A DNA stretch of 64,000 nucleotides from Flavobacterium sp. (GCA_038136095.1 JAYPZA010000002.1:41159-105158); one strand, 5' to 3'. Shown: positions 45,742 to 56,812, counted from the first letter of the stretch. Notes: generated by a model from the letters alone, not told the origin. Numbers and translations are program-made.

Positions 45742-47715
45742 TTAACTTTTCTTTTCTTCTTTTACTTCTTGTGGGTTATTTTCTATGGATTCTTCTTCAG
45801 ATTCAGAGGCTTCAACATCGAAAGGTCTCTTTCCAAAAATTTTGATCAAATCATCTTTAAAAATAACTTCTTTTTCCAATAACAATTCAGCAAGAGTCGT
45901 TAATTTTTCCTTGTGTTTATTTAGAATTTCAATAGCTCTTTGATATTGAGATTCAATCATTTTAGAAATTTCTTCGTCAATTGTTTTGGCAGTGTTTTCA
46001 CTGTATGGTTTAACAAATGAATCATTTCCAGAAGAATCGTAATAGGTAATGTTACCAACTTTATTATTCAATCCATACACAGTCACCATAGCTCTTGCTT
46101 GTTTTGTAACTTTTTCCAAATCACTCAAAGCTCCTGTAGAGATTTTGTCGAAAATAATTTTTTCAGCGGCTCTTCCTCCTAAAGTGGCACACATTTCGTC
46201 CAACATTTGTTCTGTCTGAACAATCATTCTTTCGGCTGGGAGATACCAAGCTGCTCCTAGACTTTGACCTCTTGGTACGATGGTTACTTTGACCAAAGGG
46301 GCTGCATGTTCTAACATCCAACTAACCGTTGCATGTCCTGCCTCATGAAATGCGATGGCCTTTTTCTCTTTTGGTGTAATGACCTTGTTTTTCTTTTCCA
46401 AACCACCTACAATTCTGTCAACGGCATCCAAAAAGTCTTGATGTTGTATCGCTTTTTTATTTCCTCTCGCAGCAATAAGTGCTGCTTCATTACACATATT
46501 GGCAATATCAGCTCCAGAAAATCCAGGGGTTTGTTGAGCTAAAAACTCAACATTCACATCATCAGATAATTTTAATGGTTTGATATGTACTTCAAATATT
46601 TCTTTTCTTTCAATAATGTTAGGAAGGTCAACATAGATTTGTCTGTCAAAACGTCCTGCTCTCATTAGTGCTTTGTCCAAAACATCTGCTCTGTTCGTAG
46701 CGGCCAAAACAATTACGTTGGTGTCTGTACCAAAACCATCCATTTCAGTCAATAATTGATTTAAAGTATTTTCACGCTCATCATTTCCACCTGTCATGCT
46801 ATTTTTTCCTCTCGCTCTTCCAATCGCATCAATCTCATCGATAAAGATGATTGAGGGTGATTTTTGTGCTGCTTGCTTAAATAAATCTCGTACTCTAGAC
46901 GCTCCTACTCCCACAAACATTTCAACAAAATCTGAACCTGACAATGAAAAGAAAGGAACGTCTGCTTCTCCAGCAACTGCTTTTGCTAAAAGTGTTTTAC
47001 CAGTACCTGGAGGTCCTACAAGTAGGGCACCCTTGGGTATTTTTCCTCCTAAAGAAGTGTATTTTTCAGGGCTTTTTAAAAAGTCAACAATCTCTTGAAC
47101 TTCTTCTTTTGCTCCTTCCAGACCTGCCACATTTTCAAAAGTTGTTTTGACTTTGGTGTCTTTGTCAAATAATTTAGCTTTTGATTTTCCAATGTTGAAA
47201 ATTTGACCGCCACCGCCGCCAGCTCCTCCACCAGACATCCTTCTCATGAAAAAGATCCAGATGGCAATTAATAGAATGAAGGGTAAAAAACCAACAATTG
47301 ACTCAAAAAAGCTACCTCTGGAATCGGAATCTACATCAAAATCTAATTCTTTGGTTGTTTTGTATTCGTTTAATTTATTTTCAAAATTCTGTAAATCGCC
47401 AAAATCATATAAGAACAATGGTGATCCAACTCTAAAAAATGGAGAGGAAGTTTGTTGTTTGTAATCATTCGATTTTAAAACTTCTTTTTTAATGTAGATT
47501 TCAGCAATGTTTTTATTAATGATTAATATGTTACTAACGTCATTCGATTCTAAAATCTTGTAGAATTTATTTGTTGAAATTTTCTTCGTAACCATCGAGG
47601 AATCATTCAAAAAACTAATTCCCAAAATGGCAACAAAAATGACTCCATAAACCCAATACATATTGAATTTAAATTTTGGACCATTTGGTATTGAATTGTT
47701 ATTCTTTTCCTTCAT
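45742..47715 (-). CDS. ftsH: ATP-dependent zinc metalloprotease FtsH
   Basis: [28 protein letters not shown] zinc site. 657 aa. Confidence 0.96.
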   Translation of the reverse strand: MKEKNNNSIPNGPKFKFNMYWVYGVIFVAILGISFLNDSSMVTKKISTNKFYKILESNDVSNILIINKNIAEIYIKKEVLKSNDYKQQTSSPFFRVGSPLFLYDFGDLQNFENKLNEYKTTKELDFDVDSDSRGSFFESIVGFLPFILLIAIWIFFMRRMSGGGAGGGGGQIFNIGKSKAKLFDKDTKVKTTFENVAGLEGAKEEVQEIVDFLKSPEKYTSLGGKIPKGALLVGPPGTGKTLLAKAVAGEADVPFFSLSGSDFVEMFVGVGASRVRDLFKQAAQKSPSIIFIDEIDAIGRARGKNSMTGGNDERENTLNQLLTEMDGFGTDTNVIVLAATNRADVLDKALMRAGRFDRQIYVDLPNIIERKEIFEVHIKPLKLSDDVNVEFLAQQTPGFSGADIANMCNEAALIAARGNKKAIQHQDFLDAVDRIVGGLEKKNKVITPKEKKAIAFHEAGHATVSWMLEHAAPLVKVTIVPRGQSLGAAWYLPAERMIVQTEQMLDEMCATLGGRAAEKIIFDKISTGALSDLEKVTKQARAMVTVYGLNNKVGNITYYDSSGNDSFVKPYSENTAKTIDEEISKMIESQYQRAIEILNKHKEKLTTLAELLLEKEVIFKDDLIKIFGKRPFDVEASESEEESIENNPQEVKEEKKS

Positions 47716-47726
47716 TTATATTTTTA

Positions 47727-48095
47727 TTAAGCAGGGTTAATTTTCGTTATTTTTGCATCTCCCCATAAGCTTTCTATGTCATAGAAATCTCTGATATGTT
47801 TTTGAAAAATATGGACTACCACGTTTACATAATCCATCAAAACCCATTCTGAGTTGTCTTTACCTTCAATATGCCATGGTTTGTCCTTTAATTCTTTACT
47901 TACTATTTTTTGGACGGATCCAGAGATGGCATTAACTTGTGTATTTGAATTTCCTGAGCAAACTATAAAATAATCGCATACAGTATTTTCAATTCCTCTA
48001 AGATCTATTAATTGAATGTCTTCACCTTTTACATCATCAATCCCTTTCAGGATAACAGATATCAAATTATCTGCACTAACTGAATTTTTTGTCAT
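47727..48095 (-). CDS. rsfS: Ribosome silencing factor RsfS
   Basis: 122 aa. CDYFIVCSGNSNTQV, WVLMDYVNVVVHIF. Confidence 0.85.
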   Translation of the reverse strand: MTKNSVSADNLISVILKGIDDVKGEDIQLIDLRGIENTVCDYFIVCSGNSNTQVNAISGSVQKIVSKELKDKPWHIEGKDNSEWVLMDYVNVVVHIFQKHIRDFYDIESLWGDAKITKINPA

Positions 48096-48114
48096 TAATT
48101 TCTTTTAATTTCAA

Positions 48115-48122
48115 CAAAGTTA
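48115..48122 (-). promoter_or_regulatory. -7 box TAACTTTG, candidate promoter of the rsfS-ftsH string
   Basis: The plus strand reads CAAAGTTA. It is 20 nt upstream of the ATG at 48095. Confidence 0.45.
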
Positions 48123-48178
48123 TTGTTTTTTTGTGATTATATCGCGTACTATTTAATAGTTTACTTTTTCTTTAACAA

Positions 48179-48919
48179 TTGAAATTAATCAAACTTGATG
48201 CCATCAACTCAACCAATTCTTTTTTAAAGGATTTGGCAACCAATTCAACTCTTGAAAAATTTACAGTTGTTGTCACTGATCATCAGACTTCTGGTCGAGG
48301 TCAAATCAATAATATTTGGGAGTCAGAACCTTATAAAAATCTGACATTCAGTATTTTTACTCCTTTGAAAAAGATGTCGATTGAACATCAGGCTTTTTTA
48401 AATTTTGCGGTTTCAGTGGCGATCTATGAGGTGCTTTCATCACGATCAATTCCAAAATTGTCGATAAAATGGCCAAACGACATATTGTCAGATAATCAAA
48501 AAATATGTGGAATTCTTATTGAAACTACCTTTTCTCAGCATCACATCAAAAATACAATTATTGGAATCGGTTTAAATGTAAATCAAGATACATTTTCAAA
48601 GACACTCCCAAATGCAAGTTCTTTGAAAATAATTATGAAAAAAGAGTATGATTTAGAACCACTGATGAATTCTATTATTGAGAATATTCAATCTAAAATT
48701 TCTTTAGTTGAAAAAGGGGATTATGATACCATTCATAAACAGTATCATGCTGTTTTGTACAAAAAAGGAGTTCCAACCACATTTATTGATAAAAAAACAA
48801 GCTCATTTTTTATGGGAATCATTATCGGTGTAAATTCTAAAGGGTATTTACAAATTCAAAAAGAGGATGATTCAATTGCCAATTATGACATTAAAGAAAT
48901 AGCCTTCGCTAAAGTTTAG
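48179..48919 (+). CDS. birA: Biotin--[acetyl-CoA-carboxylase] ligase, class I (no HTH domain)
   Basis: TDHQTSGRGQINNIWES, KWPNDIL. TTG start. Confidence 0.8.
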   Translation: MKLIKLDAINSTNSFLKDLATNSTLEKFTVVVTDHQTSGRGQINNIWESEPYKNLTFSIFTPLKKMSIEHQAFLNFAVSVAIYEVLSSRSIPKLSIKWPNDILSDNQKICGILIETTFSQHHIKNTIIGIGLNVNQDTFSKTLPNASSLKIIMKKEYDLEPLMNSIIENIQSKISLVEKGDYDTIHKQYHAVLYKKGVPTTFIDKKTSSFFMGIIIGVNSKGYLQIQKEDDSIANYDIKEIAFAKV

Positions 48920-49298
48920 CAATGTTCTGAGTTAATGTATCGATGAAGTTAGTCAAGGGTTTTTTAACCATCATGGCCATCATTGGGTTAAAATCACCTT
49001 CAAATAACAATTGGACTTCACATGAATTTTCTGATATCTCAAATAGATGAGCATTTAAAGAAAACGATAATTTACTGCTGGCTGCTTTTAAGCTTATTTT
49101 AGAATATTCAGTGCAATCATCTAAAACAAGTCTTATTTCTGGCATTCCTTTCAAAGCAAACAAAAAAGAATCTCCATCTACTTCAAATTTTTCTATCGAC
49201 TCTGGCATCAACTGTTCAAAATTATTCAGAGACATTAAAAACTGATATGCCTCTTTAGTTGATTTCGATAGGGTTACTTTTGATCCTTGTATATCCAT
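48909..49298 (-). CDS. Small soluble protein, SRPBCC-like (weak)
   Basis: 129 aa with no motif recognised. Its 3' end overlaps the birA 3' end by 11 nt (convergent). Confidence 0.35.
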   Translation of the reverse strand: MDIQGSKVTLSKSTKEAYQFLMSLNNFEQLMPESIEKFEVDGDSFLFALKGMPEIRLVLDDCTEYSKISLKAASSKLSFSLNAHLFEISENSCEVQLLFEGDFNPMMAMMVKKPLTNFIDTLTQNIAKL

Positions 49299-49302
49299 TT
49301 GA

Positions 49303-49944
49303 TTATTTTTTCCAATTTTTCGGATCTCTTCTCCATTCTGACAGTGTTTCTAGTTCTTTTTCACTGATGTACTGACTGTCTGAAGCTTGTTCCAATAAAT
49401 AGGTATAATTACTTAAGGTCGTCAATTCAACATCGTTTTGTGCAAAATTTTCCGAAGCAATATCAAAACCATAAGAAAAAATAGCGACCATTCCTTTAAC
49501 TACAGATCCTGCTTCATTGATTGCTTTGACTGCATTCAAACTACTTTTTCCAGTACTAATTAAGTCTTCAATAACCACAACTCTTTGATTTTTTTCCAAA
49601 GCCCCTTCTATTTGGTTCTTACGGCCATGACTTTTAGGTTCTGGTCTTACATAGACAAAAGGGACTCCTAATTCTTGTGCTACTAATACTCCAATAGCAA
49701 TGGCTCCTGTTGCTACACCCGCTATTACGTCTGGTTTCCCGTATTTAATTTCTACAATTTTTGCAATTTCTTCTTTAACGAATGAACGGATGTTGGGATA
49801 AGAAAGTGTCACTCTGTTGTCACAGTAGATCGGTGATTTCCACCCTGAAGCCCAAGTATATGGTTCTGAAGGGCTTAGTTTTATTGCTTTTATCTGAAGC
49901 AATAATTCAGCTGTTTTTTTTGCTGTATCTTTGTTTAAAATCAT
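49303..49944 (-). CDS. pyrE: Orotate phosphoribosyltransferase
   Basis: PRPP loop VVVIEDLISTGKSS, SGWKSPIYCDNR. The ATG at 49944 is preferred over the GTG at 49950. Confidence 0.9.
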   Translation of the reverse strand: MILNKDTAKKTAELLLQIKAIKLSPSEPYTWASGWKSPIYCDNRVTLSYPNIRSFVKEEIAKIVEIKYGKPDVIAGVATGAIAIGVLVAQELGVPFVYVRPEPKSHGRKNQIEGALEKNQRVVVIEDLISTGKSSLNAVKAINEAGSVVKGMVAIFSYGFDIASENFAQNDVELTTLSNYTYLLEQASDSQYISEKELETLSEWRRDPKNWKK

Positions 49945-49952
49945 GTTCACAA

Positions 49953-50558
49953 ATGTATAAAGTTTTTATCAATGATAGGCCAATTATTTTGACAGATTCT
50001 TTGTTTGTTGAAAGTGATTTTGAACTTCAAAATTATAAAAATACCATCATTTCAGAGGTCATTCATAAACTACAAAAAGGGATGGTACAAGGAGTAGTGC
50101 TTTTTTGTATGGATCTTCAAAACTCTTGGGAAAACTTCAAAGGTCATTTTAAAGTAATCATTGCTGCTGGAGGATTGGTGATCAATCAAAAAAAAGAATT
50201 TTTATTTATTTACAGAGGAAATAAATGGGATTTACCTAAAGGAAGAATTGAAAAAGGGGAGGCACTTGACGAAACTGCTTTAAGAGAAGTTAAGGAGGAA
50301 TGTGGAATTTCACAACTTCGTTTAAAAAAATTCCTAATTAAAACGTATCATATTTTTTTTAAAAAGAATCAACAACGATTGAAAGAAACTCATTGGTTTT
50401 TGATGGACTCTACTTCACAAGAAAATCCATCACCACAATTGGAGGAAGGAATCACCATAGCAACTTTCAAAAATATAGATGGAACTATTGAAGCTCTTGA
50501 AAATACATATAAAAACATTCAATTAGTTTTTAAAGATTATTATCAAAATCATCGGTAA
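49953..50558 (+). CDS. NUDIX hydrolase
   Basis: Nudix box GRIEKGEALDETALREVKEECGI. The ATG at 49953 (MYKVFINDRP) avoids the overlap with pyrE implied by the ORF-track start. Confidence 0.75.
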   Translation: MYKVFINDRPIILTDSLFVESDFELQNYKNTIISEVIHKLQKGMVQGVVLFCMDLQNSWENFKGHFKVIIAAGGLVINQKKEFLFIYRGNKWDLPKGRIEKGEALDETALREVKEECGISQLRLKKFLIKTYHIFFKKNQQRLKETHWFLMDSTSQENPSPQLEEGITIATFKNIDGTIEALENTYKNIQLVFKDYYQNHR

Positions 50559-50561
50559 TAA

Positions 50562-51110
50562 CTAAGTCATGAAGTTGATATAATCCACTTCAAATTCAAA
50601 ATCACCATATTTTTTTTCATCTGTGATAATTCCCATTCGAATGATGTCCTTGAGTTTTTCTTTTTTAAGTGACTCATTCAATGGTTTCCCTAGATAATAC
50701 TTTTTGAAATCTGAGAGCTTTATTGTTTTTGTTTCCCATTTTCCTGAAGTTCCTTCAAGACTTATTTTGTAGTTTGGGATGTACCATCTTCTACTCACAG
50801 AAAGAGTTAGCGCTTTTGAAATTCCTGTTGAACGATACCTGATCTGAATCTGATCATATTGAGATAGGTCTTTATCATATAAAGGACATCTTAAAGAGGA
50901 AAATCCTCCATTATTGTCAAGTGAAATCACTCCTTTAAAAAGAATGCTATTTTCGGTGAGTATTTTGTTTCCTTGAGACAATCCACCCATTACACCATCA
51001 TTAACAACCCACCAGTTAATTCCATCTTTTGTTTTACCAAAGTCGATTTTGTAGGAGGTATTTTGAGTCATGTGAATGAGTAAAAATGAAATGAGAAATA
51101 TTTTTTTCAT
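50562..51110 (-). CDS. CIA30-family (complex I intermediate-associated protein 30-like) protein with N-terminal signal/anchor
   Basis: WWVVNDGVMGGLSQG followed by GGFSSLR, typical of CIA30 domains. N-terminus MKKIFLISFLLIHMT|Q. Confidence 0.62.
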   Translation of the reverse strand: MKKIFLISFLLIHMTQNTSYKIDFGKTKDGINWWVVNDGVMGGLSQGNKILTENSILFKGVISLDNNGGFSSLRCPLYDKDLSQYDQIQIRYRSTGISKALTLSVSRRWYIPNYKISLEGTSGKWETKTIKLSDFKKYYLGKPLNESLKKEKLKDIIRMGIITDEKKYGDFEFEVDYINFMT

Positions 51111-51997
51111 ATTAAATTTTTAAGAGCGTTTTCCAACTTTTCGAAATCAAATTTAAAACCGTACGTTTTCATTTTTTTTGATGAAATTCTACTCCCATTT
51201 AAAATAATGGTTGACATTTCTCCTAAAATTACTTTTAAAATAAAGCCAGGAGCGCCAATTGGTAATAGAGGTCTTTTGTAGATTTTTGCCACTGCTTTTG
51301 AAAATGAATTATTGGTATGATGTTCCGGTGAAACAGCATTGAAGACCCCTTTAACACGATTGTCTTCGATAGCTTGTATGTAAAACTTACACAGGTCATC
51401 AATATGTATCCAAGGCATGTATTGTTTTCCATCTCCAAGGGGAGCAATGATGGGACCGGTTATTTTTTTTAATGCCCCTCCATTCTTTGATAAGACAATC
51501 CCTGTTCTAATTGCAACGGTTCTTATTTTGAGTTTTTTAAATTGAAAAATGGACTGTTCCCATAGTTTACATACGTTTCCTAAAAAATCACTTGCTGCTT
51601 GGTCTGTCTCTTTAAAAATAGTTTCTGATGTAATGGAACCATAGTAACCGATCGCAGAGGCAGAGATGAAAGTTTTCAAAGGAATCTTTTGGTCTTTGAC
51701 TGCATTGTATAATAACTCTGTAGAGGTTACTCTACTGTCTATTATTTCTTTCTTTCTTTTGTTACTCCATTTTTCATTGGCTATTCCAGCCCCAGCTAAA
51801 TGAATGATATGGTCTAAATCTTTGAATGCATTTTGATCTATGTATCGCTTATCGATGTTCCAAGTAAATACTTGATCAGAATCATGATTGATTTTTTCTC
51901 TACTGAGTATTCTGACGTGGTATCCATTCGATTTTAACAAGGAAGATAATCGCTTTCCAATTAAGCCTGTGCCTCCCGTAATTAATACATTTTTCAT
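51107..51997 (-). CDS. TIGR01777/YfcH-type extended SDR (epimerase family, SDR39U1-like)
   Basis: ITGGTGLIG. The C-terminal part is like DUF1731 (GFKFDFEKLENAL). The stop overlaps the CIA30 start (ATGA). Confidence 0.68.
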   Translation of the reverse strand: MKNVLITGGTGLIGKRLSSLLKSNGYHVRILSREKINHDSDQVFTWNIDKRYIDQNAFKDLDHIIHLAGAGIANEKWSNKRKKEIIDSRVTSTELLYNAVKDQKIPLKTFISASAIGYYGSITSETIFKETDQAASDFLGNVCKLWEQSIFQFKKLKIRTVAIRTGIVLSKNGGALKKITGPIIAPLGDGKQYMPWIHIDDLCKFYIQAIEDNRVKGVFNAVSPEHHTNNSFSKAVAKIYKRPLLPIGAPGFILKVILGEMSTIILNGSRISSKKMKTYGFKFDFEKLENALKNLI

Positions 51998-52064
51998 TAG
52001 GTTACAATTGAAAACCAACACCATAAAATTGATGTTGGTTTGTTTAAAATAATTTGAGAGAGAA

Positions 52065-54701
52065 TTATTTAATCTCTTTCATGGCATTATTAATTAAAGT
52101 TTTAAGATGATTTTTATGTGCTCTTGTAGCTACATCACCTGTACCGTTGGACACCCAAGATTTGATGTTCTTTAAGTTATAAATTGCCATTGATTTTGAT
52201 GCTGTAGAAAATCTTTTAGCAGATTTTCCAACCACCATAGCAATCAATCTTTTTGTGTATACAGCCTGTAAATTTTGGCGAAATGTATTGATAGTTCCAT
52301 AAACATCTGGCTTAAACATGGCATTGTTTAAATCAGTCATAAAAGAGGAAAGCTTGTACTTATTTCCATACAATTCAGAGTCTGAGAGTCTTTGTAAGGT
52401 GTTTGGATGCATAATGTGTGCTAACGCTCTTGTTTGATATCCCAGCACTCGTGCATGAATTTTTGGATCTTCAGTACCACTGAAAAAATTAAATCCTCTT
52501 CGTTGTCTAGCAATATAGTTATAGAGGTCTTTTGGAGCACTGAATGCATCAGGTGCAAAGATGTATTTCTTCAATGCATTGAATGCTCTTTTTTGATCTT
52601 TTAAACTTACTGGAGTATAGGGTTGACCACCTCCTTTTTGACCATAGGTTGCTCTGTCTACATATACTCCCCCAATAAATCTAGAGATAACTCCTCCTGC
52701 AATGGCAGATTGACTATTTAATGAGTAATATGCTCTTACAAGATCCATATAGGTTTCTCCTTCATTTGTAAATCTTGACTTTAAATCTTTCATCATGGAA
52801 TTGACCAATTTAATCCTATTGATTGAGTAGGTGATTTGATCACCTGACAAGTCACCAATCATCACACGAGGATCAATTCCTTTACCAGGAGATCGCATGT
52901 CATCAGCATCGTTTCCAAAAATCAATTCTGGTTCAGTGGATCTTTCTAATAGAGCATTCATTTCGGATGCGTCTTTGAATGGGGTATACCCAAATTGAAT
53001 GGCCCACACGTCATAAGGCCCTATGTTCATATCGTAATATTGACCTTGTTTGGATCGATCATTGGTAACATTAATACCTGCATAATCCATTACAGAACCA
53101 GTCAATGCTTTCCCTTTGATGAAATCAGCATCAGCCAACTGTTCTGGAGAAAATATTTGACTAGCTTTCATATTATGATTCAAGCCTAAAGTATGTCCAA
53201 CCTCATGCATTATCAATGATTTCATACCTTCTTTTTTCAATTTTTCCATGTCTAAATCAGAGGCTCCAGCTGCTTGTAACACAGCATTTCCAAATAAAAG
53301 ATTGTCGTGCATAATATGTCCCATAGAACAATACATATGAGTGTCTTTTTCTTTCATTTTTTGAATTTCCAATTCTTCTGGTGACTCCAATCCAATTTGC
53401 ATGTTTTTAGTAGCATCGTCATACAATTTATCTGCAAAAACTCTGTTTGTAAAGTGAACGTATTCTAACATAATGTCTGCACCCAAAATTTCTCCTGTTC
53501 TTGGATTTACAAAACTTGGGCCATAGCCTCCAAAGGGTGGGTTTGGTGAGGAGGTCCATCTCAACACATTGTAACGAACATCTCCAGCATCCCAATCAGC
53601 ATCATCAGGCTGAACTTTTACAACCATTGCATTGTTAAACCCCGCTTTTTCAAAAGCTTTATTCCACGCCAAAACGCCTTCTTTGATGGTCTCTCTCCAT
53701 TCAATTGGTGTTGTATTTTCAATCCACCAAGTAATTGGGGTCACTGGCTCAGAAATGACAGCATCAGGGTTCTTTTTTACCAATCTCCATCTGCGAACTA
53801 AGTCTCGGTAGTTAACTGTTTCTGTTGAAGTCATATCGTTGGTTTGTGTCAGGAAATAACCAACTCTAGGATCATCAAATCTTATTTCGTAATCATCCTC
53901 AGGCATGTTCATGAATGTGTGAAATACTTTGATAGAAACATTTCTACCGTCAGTGATCGCATTTGAACCACCATTTAGAACAGAAGGATTATTATAAACG
54001 TATTCAGTTTTTATGTTTGTATTCTCCGGATAATTTTTGATCTCATTAATTTTCGATTTCCCTTTATCAAATCTTCCTAAACTAAATGCAAATGGTGAGG
54101 ATCCTGGAAATCGAGGTCTTTTAATTCGAGTAAAAGTTTCTGATAAAAATAAACCATTGGCATCAATCAAATAGGTTCCTTTTTCTTTGTCTGTCGCTAA
54201 AATTTTACCACTAGAGATGGTTGCATCACTCGTGTTGGCAATTGCTGCTTTTGAGATGGCATTATTTTCATCAAAATAGAAGTTTGTGTTCGGTGCAACG
54301 ATCTCAATCTTATTAAAATATTTCTTTACTTGAAAAACAGTAGAACCTCTGTATGATCCTCTAAAACTTCCTGCTTCGGTAACACCATCAGCAATTTGAG
54401 CAAAGTAAATAAAGTCTTTATTTAACTGATCTTCTTTGATCAATAATTTAACTTTACCATCAATGGTATCCTGAAAGATGGTAAATAAACCTTCAATTTT
54501 GACACTTTTTTTTGTGAGATCTGCTATTGTTTTCTCTTTTGATTTTGGTTTCTTTGGTTTTGGTTTTGCAACTTCAACAACTTTCCCTTTCTTTTTTCTT
54601 CTTTTTTTCTTTTGAGCATCTACATCGTGTATCCCAACTATTGAAAAAACCAACATCAAAATACATATAAAGTTGATCTTTAGGGGCTTATTTTTATTCA
54701 T
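52065..54701 (-). CDS. Large secreted zinc metalloprotease (HEXXH...H metzincin-like)
   Basis: Signal peptide ...IHDVDA|Q followed by a Lys-rich linker. Zinc site: IMHEVGHTLGLNHN. Confidence 0.72.
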   Translation of the reverse strand: MNKNKPLKINFICILMLVFSIVGIHDVDAQKKKRRKKKGKVVEVAKPKPKKPKSKEKTIADLTKKSVKIEGLFTIFQDTIDGKVKLLIKEDQLNKDFIYFAQIADGVTEAGSFRGSYRGSTVFQVKKYFNKIEIVAPNTNFYFDENNAISKAAIANTSDATISSGKILATDKEKGTYLIDANGLFLSETFTRIKRPRFPGSSPFAFSLGRFDKGKSKINEIKNYPENTNIKTEYVYNNPSVLNGGSNAITDGRNVSIKVFHTFMNMPEDDYEIRFDDPRVGYFLTQTNDMTSTETVNYRDLVRRWRLVKKNPDAVISEPVTPITWWIENTTPIEWRETIKEGVLAWNKAFEKAGFNNAMVVKVQPDDADWDAGDVRYNVLRWTSSPNPPFGGYGPSFVNPRTGEILGADIMLEYVHFTNRVFADKLYDDATKNMQIGLESPEELEIQKMKEKDTHMYCSMGHIMHDNLLFGNAVLQAAGASDLDMEKLKKEGMKSLIMHEVGHTLGLNHNMKASQIFSPEQLADADFIKGKALTGSVMDYAGINVTNDRSKQGQYYDMNIGPYDVWAIQFGYTPFKDASEMNALLERSTEPELIFGNDADDMRSPGKGIDPRVMIGDLSGDQITYSINRIKLVNSMMKDLKSRFTNEGETYMDLVRAYYSLNSQSAIAGGVISRFIGGVYVDRATYGQKGGGQPYTPVSLKDQKRAFNALKKYIFAPDAFSAPKDLYNYIARQRRGFNFFSGTEDPKIHARVLGYQTRALAHIMHPNTLQRLSDSELYGNKYKLSSFMTDLNNAMFKPDVYGTINTFRQNLQAVYTKRLIAMVVGKSAKRFSTASKSMAIYNLKNIKSWVSNGTGDVATRAHKNHLKTLINNAMKEIK

Positions 54702-54773
54702 AATTTTTGATTTATTTTCAGCCCCGAAATATACCTCTAACTTGAGAATATTTTTGTTAAGAATCTTATAAAT

Positions 54774-56126
54774 TTAATTAGAGATTAACCCTGTGGGAAA
54801 TGAAACAATACTTTCATGACCATTTTTTCCAACTGAGGAAACCCCAAAGAAAAAATTAACAACAACACTTCCATCAAGAGTGAATTTCGTATTGATTTCA
54901 ACATATTTGTAATGATCCCAAGTAGGTGATGTCGTATCTCTCCAGTAAATTTTGTATCCTTTTGCACCTTCGACTTCATTCCACTGAAGTTTTACAGCAG
55001 GTTCAACAGCACCCCCTATTTTGACATTTTCTGGTGCTGGTGGAGCCCAACCAATGTTGGCTAGATTGATCGCATTTACTGCAGTTAGTTTTTTTGCGTA
55101 CTCAAAATTGACAAATTTCAGCAGATCTCCATACTCAATACCGTTTTCATTTCGAATATCTTGGTGTTGTTGAGTATAATTTTCATGCATTTCCATTATT
55201 CTAATACCAGCAAATCCCATATCATTGAAGGGTCTATGATGACCACCTCTTCCAAATCGATCCAATCGATATATCATTTTAGGTTGCATTTCGGGCATGT
55301 ATGTTTTTGTTGTTTGATGAATATAGCGAGCCAATTGCCTGGAAACACCATCAACTTCACCTCCATAAAAACGTCTTTGTTTTCTTTGTTTTTCTGTTTC
55401 AGTTACCGGTGTTGGCTCAGAAAATATTCTAAAAGTTCTATTGTCAATAACTCCGTCGACACCTTTGATATTTCCAATCATATCATTGTTTAAAACTCCA
55501 ATAATTTCCCAATCATTCTCTTTGGCGTAAGTAGCCAATCCACGACCACCAAATAAGCCTTGTTCTTCACCAGAAAGGCCTGCATAGATGATGCTATTTT
55601 CAAATTTATATTTCGATAAAACTCTCGCAGCCTCAATGGTACCTGCCATTCCAGATGCATTGTCGTTTGCCCCTGGAGAATCTGATGTGTAATCATTTGG
55701 GTCTGACACTCTAGAATCGATATCACCACTCATAATGATATACCTGTTAGGATATTTTGTTCCTTTTTGAATTGCAACAACATTGACAATCATCACATCT
55801 CTAATGATTCGTCGATTGTTTTTTTTGACCCAATTTTTTTGATAAAAAATATCCAAACAATCATCACAATCTGAAGAAATTTTTTCAAATTCTGAGTGAA
55901 TCCAACGTCGTGCAGCTCCAATTCCACGAGTTTTTGAAATGGTATCACTCAACGAATGACGAGTTCCAAAACTAGCTAATGTGGTAATGTCTTTTTTAAT
56001 TCTTTCTGAGTTGATGTTTTCTATGATTTCATACATTCTCGTGTCTGTCTGAGCCTTGATAGCTGCAACAAATAGCAGTATCAATAAAAAGGAAGTGTTT
56101 TTCATCGTTATAGATTTCATGAACAT
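54774..56126 (-). CDS. Secreted M28-family aminopeptidase with C-terminal FN3-like domain
   Basis: Signal peptide ...VAAIKA|Q. Motifs: GANDNASGMAG, SGEEQGLFG. C-terminal APPAPENV...LQWNEVEGAKGYKIYWR. Alternative starts at 56120 and 56105. Confidence 0.74.
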   Translation of the reverse strand: MFMKSITMKNTSFLLILLFVAAIKAQTDTRMYEIIENINSERIKKDITTLASFGTRHSLSDTISKTRGIGAARRWIHSEFEKISSDCDDCLDIFYQKNWVKKNNRRIIRDVMIVNVVAIQKGTKYPNRYIIMSGDIDSRVSDPNDYTSDSPGANDNASGMAGTIEAARVLSKYKFENSIIYAGLSGEEQGLFGGRGLATYAKENDWEIIGVLNNDMIGNIKGVDGVIDNRTFRIFSEPTPVTETEKQRKQRRFYGGEVDGVSRQLARYIHQTTKTYMPEMQPKMIYRLDRFGRGGHHRPFNDMGFAGIRIMEMHENYTQQHQDIRNENGIEYGDLLKFVNFEYAKKLTAVNAINLANIGWAPPAPENVKIGGAVEPAVKLQWNEVEGAKGYKIYWRDTTSPTWDHYKYVEINTKFTLDGSVVVNFFFGVSSVGKNGHESIVSFPTGLISN

Positions 56127-56235
56127 TAAATATACAACTTTACTAAAAACAAAAAAAGACTTGTTACAAGCCTATGAATTAAAAAAAAGGAGATTTCCAA
56201 TCGTATTTTAACTTTTCTTTATTGTGCCAATAAAT

Positions 56236-56751
56236 TTAAAATTCTAAGTACATAATGTAGTTGGGATTGCTATGAGTTTCTGAAATTTTAAATCTAGAAC
56301 TCCCAACGATTTTAAACCCCATTTTTTTGTAAAATTTAATCGCTCTTGCGTTTTCTGTCCAAACCTCTATCCAAATTCCATTTTGGTTATTTTTTTTGGC
56401 CAATTCAGAATTAAAAGTCATCAGTTCTTTTCCAAGATTCTTACGGTAAAACTCCTCAAGTAAATACAAACGTTCCATTTTAGTTATATTTTTCTCTTGG
56501 ATGTGTTCATTATCGATATTAAAAATGACCTTAGAAAAACCGGCTAACTTTTTTTGATGATGTATAAAATAGTATAGAAAATTTTGATTAGATAATTCTC
56601 GTTCGATATTTTCAAGACTAAAATTGGCCTTGACATATGAATCCATGTCTGCTTTTGGAGAACTATGTCCATGAGCAGGTAGAAATGCATCAATACTTAG
56701 TTTTGATAATTTCTGAGCATCTTCAAGATTTGCTTTTTTGATGAAATTCAT
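56236..56751 (-). CDS. GNAT-family N-acetyltransferase
   Basis: 171 aa. RKNLGKELM and AIKFYKKMGF match the acetyl-CoA-binding motif pattern. Confidence 0.62.
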   Translation of the reverse strand: MNFIKKANLEDAQKLSKLSIDAFLPAHGHSSPKADMDSYVKANFSLENIERELSNQNFLYYFIHHQKKLAGFSKVIFNIDNEHIQEKNITKMERLYLLEEFYRKNLGKELMTFNSELAKKNNQNGIWIEVWTENARAIKFYKKMGFKIVGSSRFKISETHSNPNYIMYLEF

Positions 56752-56774
56752 AAAAAGATTCTTCGATCAGTTGT

Positions 56775-56812
56775 AAAAATAAACAAACCTCTTTGTGAAA
56801 ACAAAGAGGTTT
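56775..56812 (-). terminator. Rho-independent terminator after htpG
   Basis: 12-bp stem AAACCTCTTTGT / ACAAAGAGGTTT with a GAAA loop. A U-rich run follows on the minus strand. Confidence 0.7.
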
